Shown here in pieces: positions 47,476 through 58,839 of a DNA stretch of 64,000 nucleotides. Both the position numbers and the translations under genes were made by a program. Position 1 is the stretch's first letter, and every line of letters begins with the position of its first letter. The notes under the pieces were generated by a model. It saw nothing but the letters and a program-made list of their open reading frames with translations, was not told the origin of the DNA and made no database searches. The stretch is taken from the NCBI GenBank assembly GCA_963719495.1, contig CAVRCI010000005.1, forward strand, positions 160,001 through 224,000. Direction: 5' to 3'. The DNA is from an uncultured Verrucomicrobiae bacterium (GTDB lineage Bacteria; Verrucomicrobiota; Verrucomicrobiia; Chthoniobacterales; JAATET01).

Positions 47476-49233
47476 TCAGTGCGCCACCCGCACCTGCCGC
47501 TTCAACTTCCGAAAAGCCAGCCGCCCCTCGGCCCCATCCGCCCCGCGCCACCGGATCACCGTGAAATCACAACTCGGCGAAGCATTCCCCAGCCGATCCG
47601 TCGCCATCACCGACACCCGATTGCGCCCCATCCGCAGCGGAGCCCGGAAGCTCCACGTCCCGTCCGGCCCCACGTTCACCGACCGCGCCACCCGCTTCCG
47701 CCGACCCCGCCGCCGCTTTTCACCGTTTTTCCCCCGCTTCACCTCAGCCCGCGACACCACTTCGTAGTCGATTCGCGCAACCCCCGAAGCGTCGAACGCC
47801 GTGCCCGCGATCTCCGTCGCCCGCCGCGTCGTCACCTGATCCGACCGCCGCGCCGGACTCGTGATTCGCACCACCGGATAACCCGACCGCACGTCCGCCA
47901 CGTAGAGTCCATCGCGCGCGCCAAACGATAGGATGAACACCGCCTGATTCAGATCGTTGAAGGCCGACTGCCCGGCGAAACGGACGTCCGTCACCTCCGC
48001 CAGCCCGTCCGGCGTGGCGAACGAATTTCCCGTCGCGGCCACGAGCACCGGAGCCTCGTCCGCCCGTCTGACCCAGACACTTGGCCGTCGGCGCTCGTTC
48101 GGGTATTCGATCTCCGCGGAAAAGAACACGTCCCCCCGCGAATTCACCACCGGCTGCGACAGACTCCCAAAAACCACGCCCGCCCCGCCGCCCGGCACCG
48201 GATCACCCACCTTCACGATCGGACTCACTTCGACCGGCCGCCCCAGAAAAATCGCCCCAGGCGGCGGCGGCTCGGGGGACGAAAAGAGCGTTTCCGTATC
48301 CGCGTAAAAAGCGATCAACCCGTTCGAACTGACCGAGGGCGCGCCAAAACCCGAATACTCCGCGCCGCCCATCCCTGGCGCCGCCACCTGGGTGACCGCC
48401 ACCATTTTCAACGCCCCGACCGGGCCCGCGTAGAGCGCCGTCCGGAAAAGATCCGCCGAATCCGCCCGCACGTTCGCCGCAAAGATCACTTCTTGATCCG
48501 CGTTGAAACCCAGAAACGCTCCCGGGTCGTTGAAACTCTGCGCCATGTCGCCGAAGATCCGGTCGAAAGTCAGATCGCCCGGCAATCCAAACCCGACCGG
48601 AGCCGGATCGCCTTCCGCGAAGGCCACGGACAGATTGCCCGGCCGCCCGGTCGCGAGGACGGTCGTCAAGGCGTTGTCGTTGGCCTGATCCTCCAGTTCC
48701 AGCTCCACCGCGAGGAAATTCCCCAGCACGTATTCCGGCGTTCCACCGCCATTGAGCACGAGATCCGGCGACTCGGCAAACGGCTGATCCGGGTCCAACG
48801 TCGGCACCAGTCCCCCAGCGTCGACGGCGAAAAATCCCACCTGGAACCCCTCGGATTTCAGTTCGGCGAAAAACGAGACGTTACCCGCCCCGTTGATCGA
48901 CAGTCCACCGAAGTCCCCGAAGGAGAGTCCGCCCGTTCCCGGCGCGGTTTCATCCTCCGCCGCGACGACCGAAAAAGCTCCGCGCTTTCCCGCCCACACC
49001 CGGCCCGAATTCAGATTCAGCGCTTCCCCGAGCAACCCCAGACTCGAATCGTCCCCGATCACGCCCAACGTCAGAGCCCCGTAAGTCTCCCCCCGCGGCC
49101 CCGCATCACCCGTAAAAACAACGCGCGTCGTCTCCGCACCCTCTTGGGCCAGACCCGATCCCGCCCAACCGCCAAGCAACGCACCGACCACGGCCACTTT
49201 CATGATTCCGTCCATGGGAAGACGTTTATTCAT
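47476..49233 (-). CDS. Secreted NxxGxxxF-repeat beta-propeller protein with basic C-terminal Ig-like domain
   Basis: Signal peptide; INGAGNVSF, SSNGLIAF and NSRGDVFF repeats; start uncertain (49233, 49215 or 49203). Confidence 0.7.
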   Translation of the reverse strand: MNKRLPMDGIMKVAVVGALLGGWAGSGLAQEGAETTRVVFTGDAGPRGETYGALTLGVIGDDSSLGLLGEALNLNSGRVWAGKRGAFSVVAAEDETAPGTGGLSFGDFGGLSINGAGNVSFFAELKSEGFQVGFFAVDAGGLVPTLDPDQPFAESPDLVLNGGGTPEYVLGNFLAVELELEDQANDNALTTVLATGRPGNLSVAFAEGDPAPVGFGLPGDLTFDRIFGDMAQSFNDPGAFLGFNADQEVIFAANVRADSADLFRTALYAGPVGALKMVAVTQVAAPGMGGAEYSGFGAPSVSSNGLIAFYADTETLFSSPEPPPPGAIFLGRPVEVSPIVKVGDPVPGGGAGVVFGSLSQPVVNSRGDVFFSAEIEYPNERRRPSVWVRRADEAPVLVAATGNSFATPDGLAEVTDVRFAGQSAFNDLNQAVFILSFGARDGLYVADVRSGYPVVRITSPARRSDQVTTRRATEIAGTAFDASGVARIDYEVVSRAEVKRGKNGEKRRRGRRKRVARSVNVGPDGTWSFRAPLRMGRNRVSVMATDRLGNASPSCDFTVIRWRGADGAEGRLAFRKLKRQVRVAH

Positions 49234-49539
49234 TCCCCGCCATACCATCAACCGCAAACTCAGCGCCCCCCGCGCGGAGCGCGCCGTCGAAGGTAGGGAA
49301 AGCCGCGCCGCGCGTTCCCAAACCATCTCCCAGAACGCCCGAACCACCCCCACCGTCGCCCCGCAAAACAAACCCCACAAACCACCAGAGCAATTTCACA
49401 GTAGCGAGCGGCCTCGGCGAAAGCCGACGAAAGCGGGGCGAGTACGTCTCGTCCTCGCGTTTGGATCAGGAGGGCGGGACGCCCTCCCCCCGCTTGGGTA
49501 AACAACTCGTCCAATTGATTTGAAAATACTCCAGCCCAC

Positions 49540-49575
49540 AAAAAAAAGCGCCCCCCGCACAGCGGGAGGCGCTTT
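49540..49575 (-). terminator. Intrinsic terminator after clpC
   Basis: AAAGCGCC(C)CCCGC / GCGGGAGGCGCTTT stem plus T8 on the minus strand. Confidence 0.85.
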
Positions 49576-49604
49576 CAAATGATCCGGCGAACGAGCGAAC
49601 CGCG

Positions 49605-52100
49605 TCAGCCCTTCTCCGCCTCCGTCAGAACCGCTTCTTCCGGCTCCGCACTCGTCGAGTGAAACTCCAGCTTCTCGCCAGCCCGCACGATCTTGACGGT
49701 CGCACCCTCCTTGATCGTCCCGCGAAGAATTTCCTCCGCCATCTGATCCTCGAGGTATTTCTCCACCGCCCGCCGCATCGGACGAGCGCCGTAAGCTGGA
49801 TCGTAACCCTTTTCGATGAGAAGTTCGTGCGCCGACTCGTCGAGTTCGATCTCGATGTTCTTCGCACGAATCCGGGCGGTCACCTTCTTGACCTCGAGGT
49901 CGACGATGCGCATGAGATCGGGCTTCGTGAGCGTGTGGAAGACGATGATGTCGTCAAGACGGTTCAGGAACTCAGGTTTGAAGACGCGCTTGGTCTCCTC
50001 CATGATCTTTTCCTTCATGTTGTCGTAATTGTCGTCGAGCTTCGGCGCGCCGAATCCAAGCGACGTCTGCTTCTTGATCAATTCGGCACCCACGTTCGAC
50101 GTCATGATGATGATCGTGTTTCGGAAATCGATCTTGCGCCCGAGGCTGTCCGTCACGCGGCCTTCCTCCAAAATCTGGAGGAGCAGGTGCATCACGTCCG
50201 GGTGCGCCTTCTCGATCTCATCGAAGAGCACGACCGAATACGGCCGACGGCGCACGGCTTCCGAAAGCTGGCCGCCCTCTTCGTAACCCACGTAACCCGG
50301 AGGTGAACCGATCAGGCGGGAGGCTGTGAACTTCTCCATGTATTCGCTCATGTCGAGCTGGATGAGAGCGTCCGCGTCGCCGAACATGAACTCCGCGAGG
50401 GTCCGCGCGAGGAACGTCTTGCCGACACCGGTTGGCCCGAGGAACACGAACGATCCGATCGGGCGCTTGGGATCCTTGAGGTCCGCCCGGGACCGGCGCA
50501 GCGCCTTGCTGATCGCCACAACGCCTTCGTCCTGCCCGATCACGCGAGCCCTCACCTCGTCCTCCATCGCGAGGAGCTTCGCGGTCTCTTTCTGCTCCAT
50601 CCGGTTGAGCGGGACGCCCGTCCACTTTGAGAGGACGTGCATGATGTCGTCGTCGGTCACGATGACTTCCTTCTCCTCCTTCCTGGCGCGCCACTCGGCG
50701 AGCACGGTGTCGAGTTTATCCTTCGCCTGCTTCTCGGAATCACGGAGCGCGGCGGCGCGTTCGAAGTCCTGCGCTTTGATCGCGCCTTCCTTTTCAACGC
50801 GGATGCTCTCGATCTCGGCCTCGACGTCCTTGACGTTCGGCGGCCGCGTCATCGCGCCGATCCGAGCGCGGGAGCCCGCTTCGTCCATGATGTCGATCGC
50901 CTTGTCCGGCAGGTAACGCCCGGTCAAATAACGGTCGGAAAGTTTCGCCGCCGACTCGAGCGCTTCGTCGGTGATCGTCGCCTTGTGGTGCGCCTCGTAT
51001 TTCGGGCGGATGCCTTTGAGGATCTGAATCGTCTGATCGACCGTTGGCGGCTCGACCTTCACCTGCTGGAAGCGACGCTCGAGCGCCGAGTCCTTCTCGA
51101 TGTATTTGCGGAATTCATTGAGCGTCGTCGCGCCAATGCACTGCAGTTCGCCGCGGCTGAGCGCCGGCTTGATGATGTTCGAAGCGTCCATCGCGCCCTC
51201 GGCCGAACCCGCGCCCACGATGGTGTGCATCTCGTCGATGAAGAGAATGACGTTCTTCGATTTCCGGATCTCGTCCATCACGGCCTTGATCCGCTCCTCG
51301 AACTGTCCGCGATACTTCGTTCCGGCGACCATCAGCGCGAGATCGAGCGTGATGACCCGCTTCTCGTGCAGCAGCTCCGGCACGTTGCCGCTGATGATTT
51401 CCTGCGCGAGGCCTTCCGCGATCGCGGTCTTGCCAACACCGGCTTCACCAATGAGCACCGGATTGTTCTTCGTGCGGCGGCAGAGGATCTGGATGACGCG
51501 CTCGATCTCGTCGGCGCGACCGATGACCGGATCCAACTCGTCCTTGCGGGCCATCTCCGTGAGATCACGACCGAAAGCACGAAGCGCCGGGGTCTTGCCG
51601 TCCTTCTTGCCGGAGCCACCGACCTCGGCACCCACGGTGTCGCCCTCTTCGTCGGCGGAGAAATTCGGGTCGAGTTCCTTGAGGATCTCGTTGCGGGTGC
51701 GCTCGATGTCGACTTCCAGGCTCTTGAGAACGCGGGCCGCGACGCCTTCGCCCTCACGCAGCAGGCCGAGCAGGATGTGCTCGGTGCCGACGTAGGAATG
51801 CTGGAGCGCTTTCGCTTCCTTGCTCGCGAGCGCGAGCACCTTCTTCACGCGAGGCGTGTAGGGAATGTTGCCGACCATCTTGGTCTCGGGGCCGGAGCCG
51901 ACCTGCTTCTCGACCTCCATCCGCACGGTCTCGAGATCGAGCCCCATCTTTTGGAGCACGTTCACCGCGACACCCTGCCCGAGCTTGATCAGGCCCAGAA
52001 GCAGATGCTCGGTGCCGACGTAGTTGTGATTGAATCGATCCGCCTCTTTACGGGCGAGCGCCAGGACCTGCTGGGCACGGGGTGTGAAATTATTCATCAT
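49605..52100 (-). CDS. clpC: ATP-dependent Clp protease ATPase subunit ClpC
   Basis: Two Clp-N repeats, [11 protein letters not shown] domain, [11 protein letters not shown] loop. Confidence 0.98.
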   Translation of the reverse strand: MMNNFTPRAQQVLALARKEADRFNHNYVGTEHLLLGLIKLGQGVAVNVLQKMGLDLETVRMEVEKQVGSGPETKMVGNIPYTPRVKKVLALASKEAKALQHSYVGTEHILLGLLREGEGVAARVLKSLEVDIERTRNEILKELDPNFSADEEGDTVGAEVGGSGKKDGKTPALRAFGRDLTEMARKDELDPVIGRADEIERVIQILCRRTKNNPVLIGEAGVGKTAIAEGLAQEIISGNVPELLHEKRVITLDLALMVAGTKYRGQFEERIKAVMDEIRKSKNVILFIDEMHTIVGAGSAEGAMDASNIIKPALSRGELQCIGATTLNEFRKYIEKDSALERRFQQVKVEPPTVDQTIQILKGIRPKYEAHHKATITDEALESAAKLSDRYLTGRYLPDKAIDIMDEAGSRARIGAMTRPPNVKDVEAEIESIRVEKEGAIKAQDFERAAALRDSEKQAKDKLDTVLAEWRARKEEKEVIVTDDDIMHVLSKWTGVPLNRMEQKETAKLLAMEDEVRARVIGQDEGVVAISKALRRSRADLKDPKRPIGSFVFLGPTGVGKTFLARTLAEFMFGDADALIQLDMSEYMEKFTASRLIGSPPGYVGYEEGGQLSEAVRRRPYSVVLFDEIEKAHPDVMHLLLQILEEGRVTDSLGRKIDFRNTIIIMTSNVGAELIKKQTSLGFGAPKLDDNYDNMKEKIMEETKRVFKPEFLNRLDDIIVFHTLTKPDLMRIVDLEVKKVTARIRAKNIEIELDESAHELLIEKGYDPAYGARPMRRAVEKYLEDQMAEEILRGTIKEGATVKIVRAGEKLEFHSTSAEPEEAVLTEAEKG

Positions 52101-53208
52101 TGGATTCCTCTTCGTCGCTCGGGCGGTTGGTGATCTGGCTCAAATCCGGTTCCGGCAACTCCCTCAACTTCACCCGAATTATCCGCGCTCGCAAGGCGTC
52201 GCGCGCTTCGGCGCTCATTTTTTGTTCGTTCGCTCCCTTCTGCAAATGCCCGGGCTGCGTCTCGATGAACAACTGGTCGATCTCGATGCGCGCCGTATCC
52301 GGAAAAAGCTCGAGGTCGATCCCGAGCTTGATGACCGATAGTAAATTGAGCGCCTCCTTCGAAGTCATCGAATGCGCGTTCGTCAGAATCCCATACGCCC
52401 GCCCGATCTGATCCAGCACGGTCGTCGGCCGCCGCTCGATCAACGTCTCCCGCGCGTTCCCCTCGTGCTCGATGATGTGTTCGATCACCTTCGTCAGTCG
52501 CGCGATGATGTCCTCCTCGCTCTCGCCAAGGGTCGTCTGATTCGACACCTGGAACAAATTCCCCATCGCCTCCGACCCCTCGCCGTGCAGCCCGCGGACG
52601 GCCAGGCCGATCTTGTTGACGGAATTCACGATCTTGTTGATCTGATCGCTCATCACGAGCCCCGGCAGGTGCAGCATCGCCGAGGCGCGCATCCCCGTTC
52701 CGACGTTCGTCGGGCAGGCGGTCAAATACCCCAGCCGGTCGTGGAAAGCATAGTCGAGCTGCTCCTCGAGCTCGGTGTCGGCCTTGGAGGCCAACTCGTA
52801 GGCGTTCTCGAGTTGAAGCCCGCAGCGAATCGCCTGCATGCGGAGGTGGTCTTCTTCGTTGATCATGAAACTGAGGGTCTGCTCGACGTTCATCACGACC
52901 GCGCTCCCCGCCCCCTTCGCGGCGTGCTCGCGGCTGATGAGATGCCGCTCCATCAGCACCTGGCGCTCCAGCGCCGTCAGCTCGGTCAGGTTCTGCGCGT
53001 AGGCCTCCCGCATCTCCGGCAGGGCCTCGATCGCGGGTCGAATGAGACCCAGCACGTGCTGGCGCTCCGCCCGCTTCGCCCAGCCCGGGAACGGGAGGTT
53101 GTTCAGATTCCGCGCCAACCGCACACGGCTGCTCACGACGATCTGACGGTTCGGACCGTCGCCCGACAACCACTCGCCGGCGTTCGCGATGATCTTCGCA
53201 AATTTCAT
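52090..53208 (-). CDS. mcsB: Protein arginine kinase
   Basis: SSRVRLARN, NEEDHLR, LTACPTNVGTG. Confidence 0.95.
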   Translation of the reverse strand: MKFAKIIANAGEWLSGDGPNRQIVVSSRVRLARNLNNLPFPGWAKRAERQHVLGLIRPAIEALPEMREAYAQNLTELTALERQVLMERHLISREHAAKGAGSAVVMNVEQTLSFMINEEDHLRMQAIRCGLQLENAYELASKADTELEEQLDYAFHDRLGYLTACPTNVGTGMRASAMLHLPGLVMSDQINKIVNSVNKIGLAVRGLHGEGSEAMGNLFQVSNQTTLGESEEDIIARLTKVIEHIIEHEGNARETLIERRPTTVLDQIGRAYGILTNAHSMTSKEALNLLSVIKLGIDLELFPDTARIEIDQLFIETQPGHLQKGANEQKMSAEARDALRARIIRVKLRELPEPDLSQITNRPSDEEESNDE

Positions 53209-53696
53209 CCCGTGATCTCCTCTTCGACCCGCTTGATCTCGTCCCGCAACTTCGCCGCGTCTTCGTAATCCTCGTCCGCCACGGCGCGCTCGAGCTCGGT
53301 CCGAAGCGTCTTCATCCGCGATCCGAGCTGGCGGGTCTTCGCCCGCCCCTCCGGCACCTTGCCGAGGTGCTCGGTCCCCTTGTGCATGTTCCCCAGCATC
53401 CCCATCAGACCCTCGGCGAACGTGTCGTAACACGCGCTGCAACCCAGCCGCCCGGTCTTTTTGAAATCGGCCTGCGTGAACCCACACACCGGACACTTCA
53501 CCGTCGCCGGACTCCGCTCGATCTGCTCCGCCGCGCCCAGCCCGTGCAGCAAATCCGCCAACGCAAACCCCGTCGGGTCATCCACCTTGTTGGCCTTCGA
53601 ACACGCGTCGCAGAGATTCACCTTCTGCATCTTTCCGTCGACGATCTCGGTCAAGAAGACGGTGGCCTCTTTCTCGCCGCAAACGTCACACTGCAT
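53205..53696 (-). CDS. mcsA: McsA (CXXC motifs plus UVR domain)
   Basis: Four CXXC motifs; EDYEDAAKLRDEI. Confidence 0.93.
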   Translation of the reverse strand: MQCDVCGEKEATVFLTEIVDGKMQKVNLCDACSKANKVDDPTGFALADLLHGLGAAEQIERSPATVKCPVCGFTQADFKKTGRLGCSACYDTFAEGLMGMLGNMHKGTEHLGKVPEGRAKTRQLGSRMKTLRTELERAVADEDYEDAAKLRDEIKRVEEEITG

Positions 53697-54568
53697 CAGT
53701 TATCAATCGGGGTCCCCGTGGTCCCTGTCAACTCGCGGAATCTCGCCATCAAATCACGCGTCACCGGCCCGGGCCGCCCGTCTCCGATCGGCCGCCGGTC
53801 GAGCTCCGCCACCGGGATCACCTCCGCCGCCGTCCCGGTCAGAAAACACTCGTCCGCCGTGTAAATGTCATACCGCGTCATCTCCGGCTCGGAAATCTCC
53901 AGCCCGGCCGCCGCCGCCAATTCGAACACCACCTCGCGCGTGATCCCGGCCAGCGCCCCCGACGAAATCGGCGGCGTGTAAATTTTCCCCCGCTTCACGA
54001 TGAACACGTTGTCGCCCGTGCATTCCGCCACGTATCCCTGCTCGTTCAGCATCAGCCCCTCGCCCGCGCCCGCGTGCGTCGCCTCGATCTTGGCCAACAC
54101 GTTGTTCAAGTAGTTCAGCGACTTCACCATCGGACTCAACGCCCCGTGGGGGATCCGCCGCGTCGCGCACGTCACGACCTTCAACCCATTCGCATACATC
54201 TCCGCCGGATACAACGTGATCGCCGCCGCGATCACGATCACCGTCGCCCGCGGGCAATGCTCCGGGCTCAACCCCAGGCTGCCCTCGCCCCGCGTCACCA
54301 CCAGCCGCACGTAACCGTCCCGCAACTCGTTGGCCCGGATCGTCTCCAGCACCGCCGCCGCCATCGCCGCCTTGTCCAAGGTTGGCTTCAAACAAATCGC
54401 CCGCGCCGAGTCGAACAACCGCTCCACGTGCTCCTCCAACCGAAACACCCGCCCACCGTAAAACCGGATCCCCTCGAACACTCCATCCCCGTAGAGCAAC
54501 CCATGATCGAAAACGGAAATCTTCGCCTGCTCCCGAGGGAAAAGCTCCCCATCAATGTAAACCTTCAT
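53696..54568 (-). CDS. ilvE: Branched-chain amino acid aminotransferase
   Basis: YGDGVFEG, KSLNY, LAGITR, GTAAE. Confidence 0.93.
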   Translation of the reverse strand: MKVYIDGELFPREQAKISVFDHGLLYGDGVFEGIRFYGGRVFRLEEHVERLFDSARAICLKPTLDKAAMAAAVLETIRANELRDGYVRLVVTRGEGSLGLSPEHCPRATVIVIAAAITLYPAEMYANGLKVVTCATRRIPHGALSPMVKSLNYLNNVLAKIEATHAGAGEGLMLNEQGYVAECTGDNVFIVKRGKIYTPPISSGALAGITREVVFELAAAAGLEISEPEMTRYDIYTADECFLTGTAAEVIPVAELDRRPIGDGRPGPVTRDLMARFRELTGTTGTPIDN

Positions 54569-54646
54569 AGAAAAGCCGTGAATATGCCTCTCACCAAGAG
54601 CGCTGACAAGTGCGGCCACCCTCCAAACGCATTCCACCATTCACCA

Positions 54647-54736
54647 TTGACTCGCTGGCTCCCGCTCGTCTCGCCCTTCGGGCACCATCGCAAAGCCGAT
54701 GGCGTCTGCCCCGAGGCTACCCAGCCTCCGGTGCTC
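54647..54736. repeat. 90-bp structured dispersed repeat, copy 2
   Basis: Aligns without gaps to 8428-8517. Confidence 0.85.
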
Positions 54737-54750
54737 ACTGATCACCAGCT

Positions 54751-55836
54751 CTACGTCACCGCCAACGAACCCAGGAACAAATTCACGTTCCGTTCATTAT
54801 CGTGCAGCGTCGCCACAAACCGCGCGCATTCCCGCTGACACCGCTCCAGCCGCTGCGAATCGTCCAGCAGCCCCCGGATCTCCTCCGCCCACGCGTCGAA
54901 ATTCCCATACCCAAAAACCCCCAGCCCAAACCGCCCAAACAGCTCATCCGAATTCACCGTCAGCGAAGCCAGAGCCGTCTCCCCCAATCCCGCCTGAATG
55001 AAGCTATTTGGCCACCCCTCGTAGGTCGACGTATTCACGAAAATCCGCGCCGCGTCGTAGTGCCTCTGCGCCTCGTGATAAGGCACCCGTTCGATGAACG
55101 TCACGTTCGCGATCCCCGCCGCCCGCGCCGCCACCGACTCCCACAGCTCCGCGTCCTCCCGCACGCACACCATCACGCACTTCGTCCCCGGCAGCCGCTC
55201 CGCCAGATCCAGGAACAGATGCGGCCGCTTGATCGCCTGACACCGCGCGACCCACAGCAGATCCACCGACTTCTCCGCCGTCCGTGGCGCGCTCCGCGGC
55301 AAAATCAGATTTCGATACATCCCGCAATGCATCCCCGCCGCGACAAAAAGATCCGCCTGGTGCTCCGTCATCGCCATCCGCAGATCCGCGTTCCGCACCC
55401 CCCGCTCGAAGACCGCGCCCCGCACCGGATTTTCCCGCCGAAACTCCCCGTTCACCTCCGTATCCAGCCCGCAGATGAAAATCACCCGATACCAGAAAAT
55501 CCCGCGAAACCACTCCAGCACCGTCAGCCACGTCGTCCACCCCAGCACCACCACGAAATCCGGCCGCTCCTCCCGCACGATCCCGATCACCCGCGGCAAC
55601 GCCCCCAACGCATCCCGCAAACCGCCCGTCTGAAACTTCCCCCCATTCCGCAGCCGCACCCCCTCCGCCACCGAATCCTCCTGCCCCACGTCCCCCCCGA
55701 CCACCACGACCTCGTGCCCCCGCGCCGCCAGCTCGCGAGCCAGCAGCGCGACCTGCAACTCCGCCCCGCCCGACACCCGGTCCCGGCTCCGATCCAGGAT
55801 CAGATGCGCGTAACTCGACAGAAAAAGAATCTTCAT
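54751..55836 (-). CDS. GT4 glycosyltransferase
   Basis: SGGAELQ, KRPHLF, TSTYEGWPNSFIQA. Confidence 0.88.
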   Translation of the reverse strand: MKILFLSSYAHLILDRSRDRVSGGAELQVALLARELAARGHEVVVVGGDVGQEDSVAEGVRLRNGGKFQTGGLRDALGALPRVIGIVREERPDFVVVLGWTTWLTVLEWFRGIFWYRVIFICGLDTEVNGEFRRENPVRGAVFERGVRNADLRMAMTEHQADLFVAAGMHCGMYRNLILPRSAPRTAEKSVDLLWVARCQAIKRPHLFLDLAERLPGTKCVMVCVREDAELWESVAARAAGIANVTFIERVPYHEAQRHYDAARIFVNTSTYEGWPNSFIQAGLGETALASLTVNSDELFGRFGLGVFGYGNFDAWAEEIRGLLDDSQRLERCQRECARFVATLHDNERNVNLFLGSLAVT

Positions 55837-56846
55837 CGCACCAAAGCCCCCCCCATCCGCACCCACGGCAAAGCCAAGAAATCCCCCACCGACTCCCGCC
55901 GCAAAGCCTTGAGAAAGCCATCCGCCCGACCCGCCGCCCGCGCCCGGCAGAACAGCGTGTAATTCTGATCCGCGACCACGCCCCGCAAACCCGGCAACCC
56001 CGACCGACCGCGCAAAAACCCCCGCCTCAACTCCGCCACCGCCGCGAAATAGTCCCCCCAGTCCCCCGGCCACCGGCCCGACCACGCCCCGGCGATCATT
56101 TCCACGGCCGCCCCCGCCAGCCCCGGAGCCGCCGCCCGCAGATTCTCCCGCAAGCACTCCGCCACGTCCGCATTCTCAGTTCCCCCAGACCCCCCAAGCC
56201 CCCCAGAATTCGCCACCGCCATGATCGAGCGCCCATGCTGACGATACTTCACCAGCGGCCGCCGCAAAGTCACCACCGGAAATTCCCGCCCCACCCGCGA
56301 CCAAAGATCCAGATCCTCCGAAGCCCGCCGATCCCGGTAACCCCCAAAGCGTTCCACCACCACCTTCCGCCGAAAAAACGCCGAACTGTGCGCAAACGGC
56401 GTCCGGAAATTCAGCTCCCACCGCACCAGATCCGCCGATCCCCCCGTCCGCCAGCGCCCCGCATACCGCCCCCCGTCCGTCACCAACCCCGCGTCCGACC
56501 CAATCAGTGGAACCGCCGGATTCCCCCGCGCAAAAGCGACCTGCTCCGCCAACCGATCCCGCGAGCAAAGGTCATCCGCATCCAGCCGAGCGACAAACTC
56601 CCCCCGAGCCTCCGCCAGCCCTCGATTCAAAGAAGCCACCAGCCCAAAATTTTCCCCATTCCGCAAAATCCGAATCCGCGAATCCCCGACGGCCTCCGCG
56701 GTCTCCGCACTCCCATCCGAAGACCCATCATCCACCACCAAAACCTCGAAATCCCGAAAAGACTGCCCACCCACACTCCCCAAAGCCCCCCCCAAATGAG
56801 CCACCCCATTGAAGACCGGCAAAAGCACCGTCACCACCACACTCAC
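55833..56846 (-). CDS. GT2 glycosyltransferase
   Basis: VLLPVFNG, VDDGSSD, RLDADD, SEDLDLW. Confidence 0.9.
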   Translation of the reverse strand: MSVVVTVLLPVFNGVAHLGGALGSVGGQSFRDFEVLVVDDGSSDGSAETAEAVGDSRIRILRNGENFGLVASLNRGLAEARGEFVARLDADDLCSRDRLAEQVAFARGNPAVPLIGSDAGLVTDGGRYAGRWRTGGSADLVRWELNFRTPFAHSSAFFRRKVVVERFGGYRDRRASEDLDLWSRVGREFPVVTLRRPLVKYRQHGRSIMAVANSGGLGGSGGTENADVAECLRENLRAAAPGLAGAAVEMIAGAWSGRWPGDWGDYFAAVAELRRGFLRGRSGLPGLRGVVADQNYTLFCRARAAGRADGFLKALRRESVGDFLALPWVRMGGALVR

Positions 56847-58045
56847 CCCGCCTTCCCTCCCCATTCGCGTCCATTCGCGTCTATTCGCGGTTCCAACCTC
56901 ACCCCCAACTCCAAAAAAATCTCCGCGTGCCGATTCACCCACCGTCGCTGATCGAACGACCGCCCCGCCCAATCCCGTGCCGCCTGCGAGAACCGCTCCC
57001 GATCCGCAAGAATCCTCTCCACCCCATCCGCCATCGCCCCCGCGTCCGGCGCGTGATCCCCCGTCCAATCATCCGGCACGTCCACCAGAACGCCGCAATC
57101 CTCCGGCACCAGCTCCGGCATCCCCCCGCTCCGCGACCCCACCACCGGCACGCCGCAAGCCATCGCCTCGATCGGCACCGTCGGACACGGATCCTTGTAT
57201 TTCGGATGAAGCAGAACGTCGGCATCGCGATAGATCCCCGGAGCCTCCTCCTGCGTAAACCGCGGCAAAAACCGCACCCGCTCCCCCACCCCGACGCGTT
57301 CCAGATAAGCCGCACACTCCACGTCCGCCCCCGCCCACCGAAGCTCCCCCGCCACCGTCAACCGGGCATCCACCCCCCGCCGAACCAGCTCCACCAGACA
57401 ATCCACCGAACCCCGCAACCTGTAGAACGAATGACAAGTCCCCATCGCCAACAGCCGAGGGGTCAGTCCGTTCATTGGTTCAGAATGATCATTCCCCGGC
57501 GAGAACCGCCCCACGTCCACCGGATTCCAAAGCACTTCGCCCGGCACCGCCACCGATCCCAAATACCGATCCGCCGACCGTCGGCAAAACTCACTCTGAT
57601 AAATCACGTAATCCGCCCGCCCGATGCACCGCCGCATCGGCTCGTTGAACCAAGGATAAAACGCCCCGCACCAAGCCGAATAAGCCACCCCATTCTGATT
57701 CCACACCACCGGCACCCCCCGCCGCTTCGCCCACGCCACCAACTCCTCCACGTGCGGAATCAAGTGCAGCAAACTGCTCACCAAATAAATCACCGAAAAA
57801 CCATCCCGCGCCTCGCCGAAGCGTTCGCGCAAATGCCCCAGCTTCACCCCGCCCCCAATCCGCGTTTCCGCAACCCGGTGCGGCTCCTCGATCCAGCCAA
57901 AATTCAACCCGGCCCGCCCCGGCTCCAAACGATCAAGCCGCCTCCGGTAAGCCCCCGCCCCACGAGCATACATCGCCGTCCGCAGCAACTCCCGCGCCCC
58001 ATACTTCACCGCCGCCGCCGCCGACACCGGCTCCACCACCCTCAC
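56843..58045 (-). CDS. GT4 glycosyltransferase
   Basis: DPCPTVPIEAMACGVPVV, GGMPELV. Confidence 0.88.
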   Translation of the reverse strand: MRVVEPVSAAAAVKYGARELLRTAMYARGAGAYRRRLDRLEPGRAGLNFGWIEEPHRVAETRIGGGVKLGHLRERFGEARDGFSVIYLVSSLLHLIPHVEELVAWAKRRGVPVVWNQNGVAYSAWCGAFYPWFNEPMRRCIGRADYVIYQSEFCRRSADRYLGSVAVPGEVLWNPVDVGRFSPGNDHSEPMNGLTPRLLAMGTCHSFYRLRGSVDCLVELVRRGVDARLTVAGELRWAGADVECAAYLERVGVGERVRFLPRFTQEEAPGIYRDADVLLHPKYKDPCPTVPIEAMACGVPVVGSRSGGMPELVPEDCGVLVDVPDDWTGDHAPDAGAMADGVERILADRERFSQAARDWAGRSFDQRRWVNRHAEIFLELGVRLEPRIDANGREWGGKAG

Positions 58046-58839
58046 GCCCACGGCAAATCCCTCCCGAGCAATGCCGCCAACCGCGAATCGTGCGCCGCGT
58101 AAAACTCGCGCAACCGCCGCTCGGTCTCCGGTCGCATCACCTCCGCGATCTTTCCATCCCGCGCCACCGCCACCGGCGGTAACTCGCGCACCTCCAATCC
58201 CAAATACCGCTGCACCTCGGCCAGCACCTCCTCCGTCCGCGCAAAAAAATCTTCACTTAGCACGAAAAGACACTGCTCCCGCGGCCAGACCGCCAGCCAG
58301 CGCTCCAGGATCCGCGCATACATTCCAATCGCCACGTAACGCACCGGATTCCGATTCACCCGCTCCACCGAATCGATCAAAGGCACCAACCGGTCGTCCG
58401 ACAACCAATCGATCGCCCGCTCCACGACCTCGTCGAATACCCCGGTCTCCGTCCCAAAATTCCGAAACATCCAATAATCCGACCAAGCCCGCCGCACCGG
58501 ATCCCTCAACAAAAAAACAAGCCGCGCCTCCGGAACCACCGCCCGCACGTTCCCCGGCCCATCCGGATGCGAGAAATACTCCACGCTCGCGTCACCAACC
58601 GCAAAGCCACCCGTCCTCAGCGGAAAATTCATCGCCGACCGCAGCCGGCTCCCCGGATAATGTAAAAAATTAGTCGGCTCCTTCCGCGCCCCCCGCCGCA
58701 CACCCGGGTGCCCCGCCAAATAATCGTAAAGCGTCGAAGTCCCACACTTAGGAGCCCCCGCGATCACGAACGAAGGCAAAGCCCGCAACGGAGCGGTCCC
58801 GAGCCGCCAAGCCTTTGCTATCTCTTCCTGCATCGTCAT
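58042..58839 (-). CDS. PAPS-dependent sulfotransferase
   Basis: 5'-PSB GAPKCGTSTL; 3'-PB LRDPVRRAWS. Confidence 0.9.
   Translation of the reverse strand: MTMQEEIAKAWRLGTAPLRALPSFVIAGAPKCGTSTLYDYLAGHPGVRRGARKEPTNFLHYPGSRLRSAMNFPLRTGGFAVGDASVEYFSHPDGPGNVRAVVPEARLVFLLRDPVRRAWSDYWMFRNFGTETGVFDEVVERAIDWLSDDRLVPLIDSVERVNRNPVRYVAIGMYARILERWLAVWPREQCLFVLSEDFFARTEEVLAEVQRYLGLEVRELPPVAVARDGKIAEVMRPETERRLREFYAAHDSRLAALLGRDLPWA

Noticed and set aside
49605..54568. mcsA-mcsB-clpC without ctsR, coupled to ilvE
   Set aside because: A known protein-quality-control module; absence of an adjacent ctsR outside Firmicutes is not unusual.
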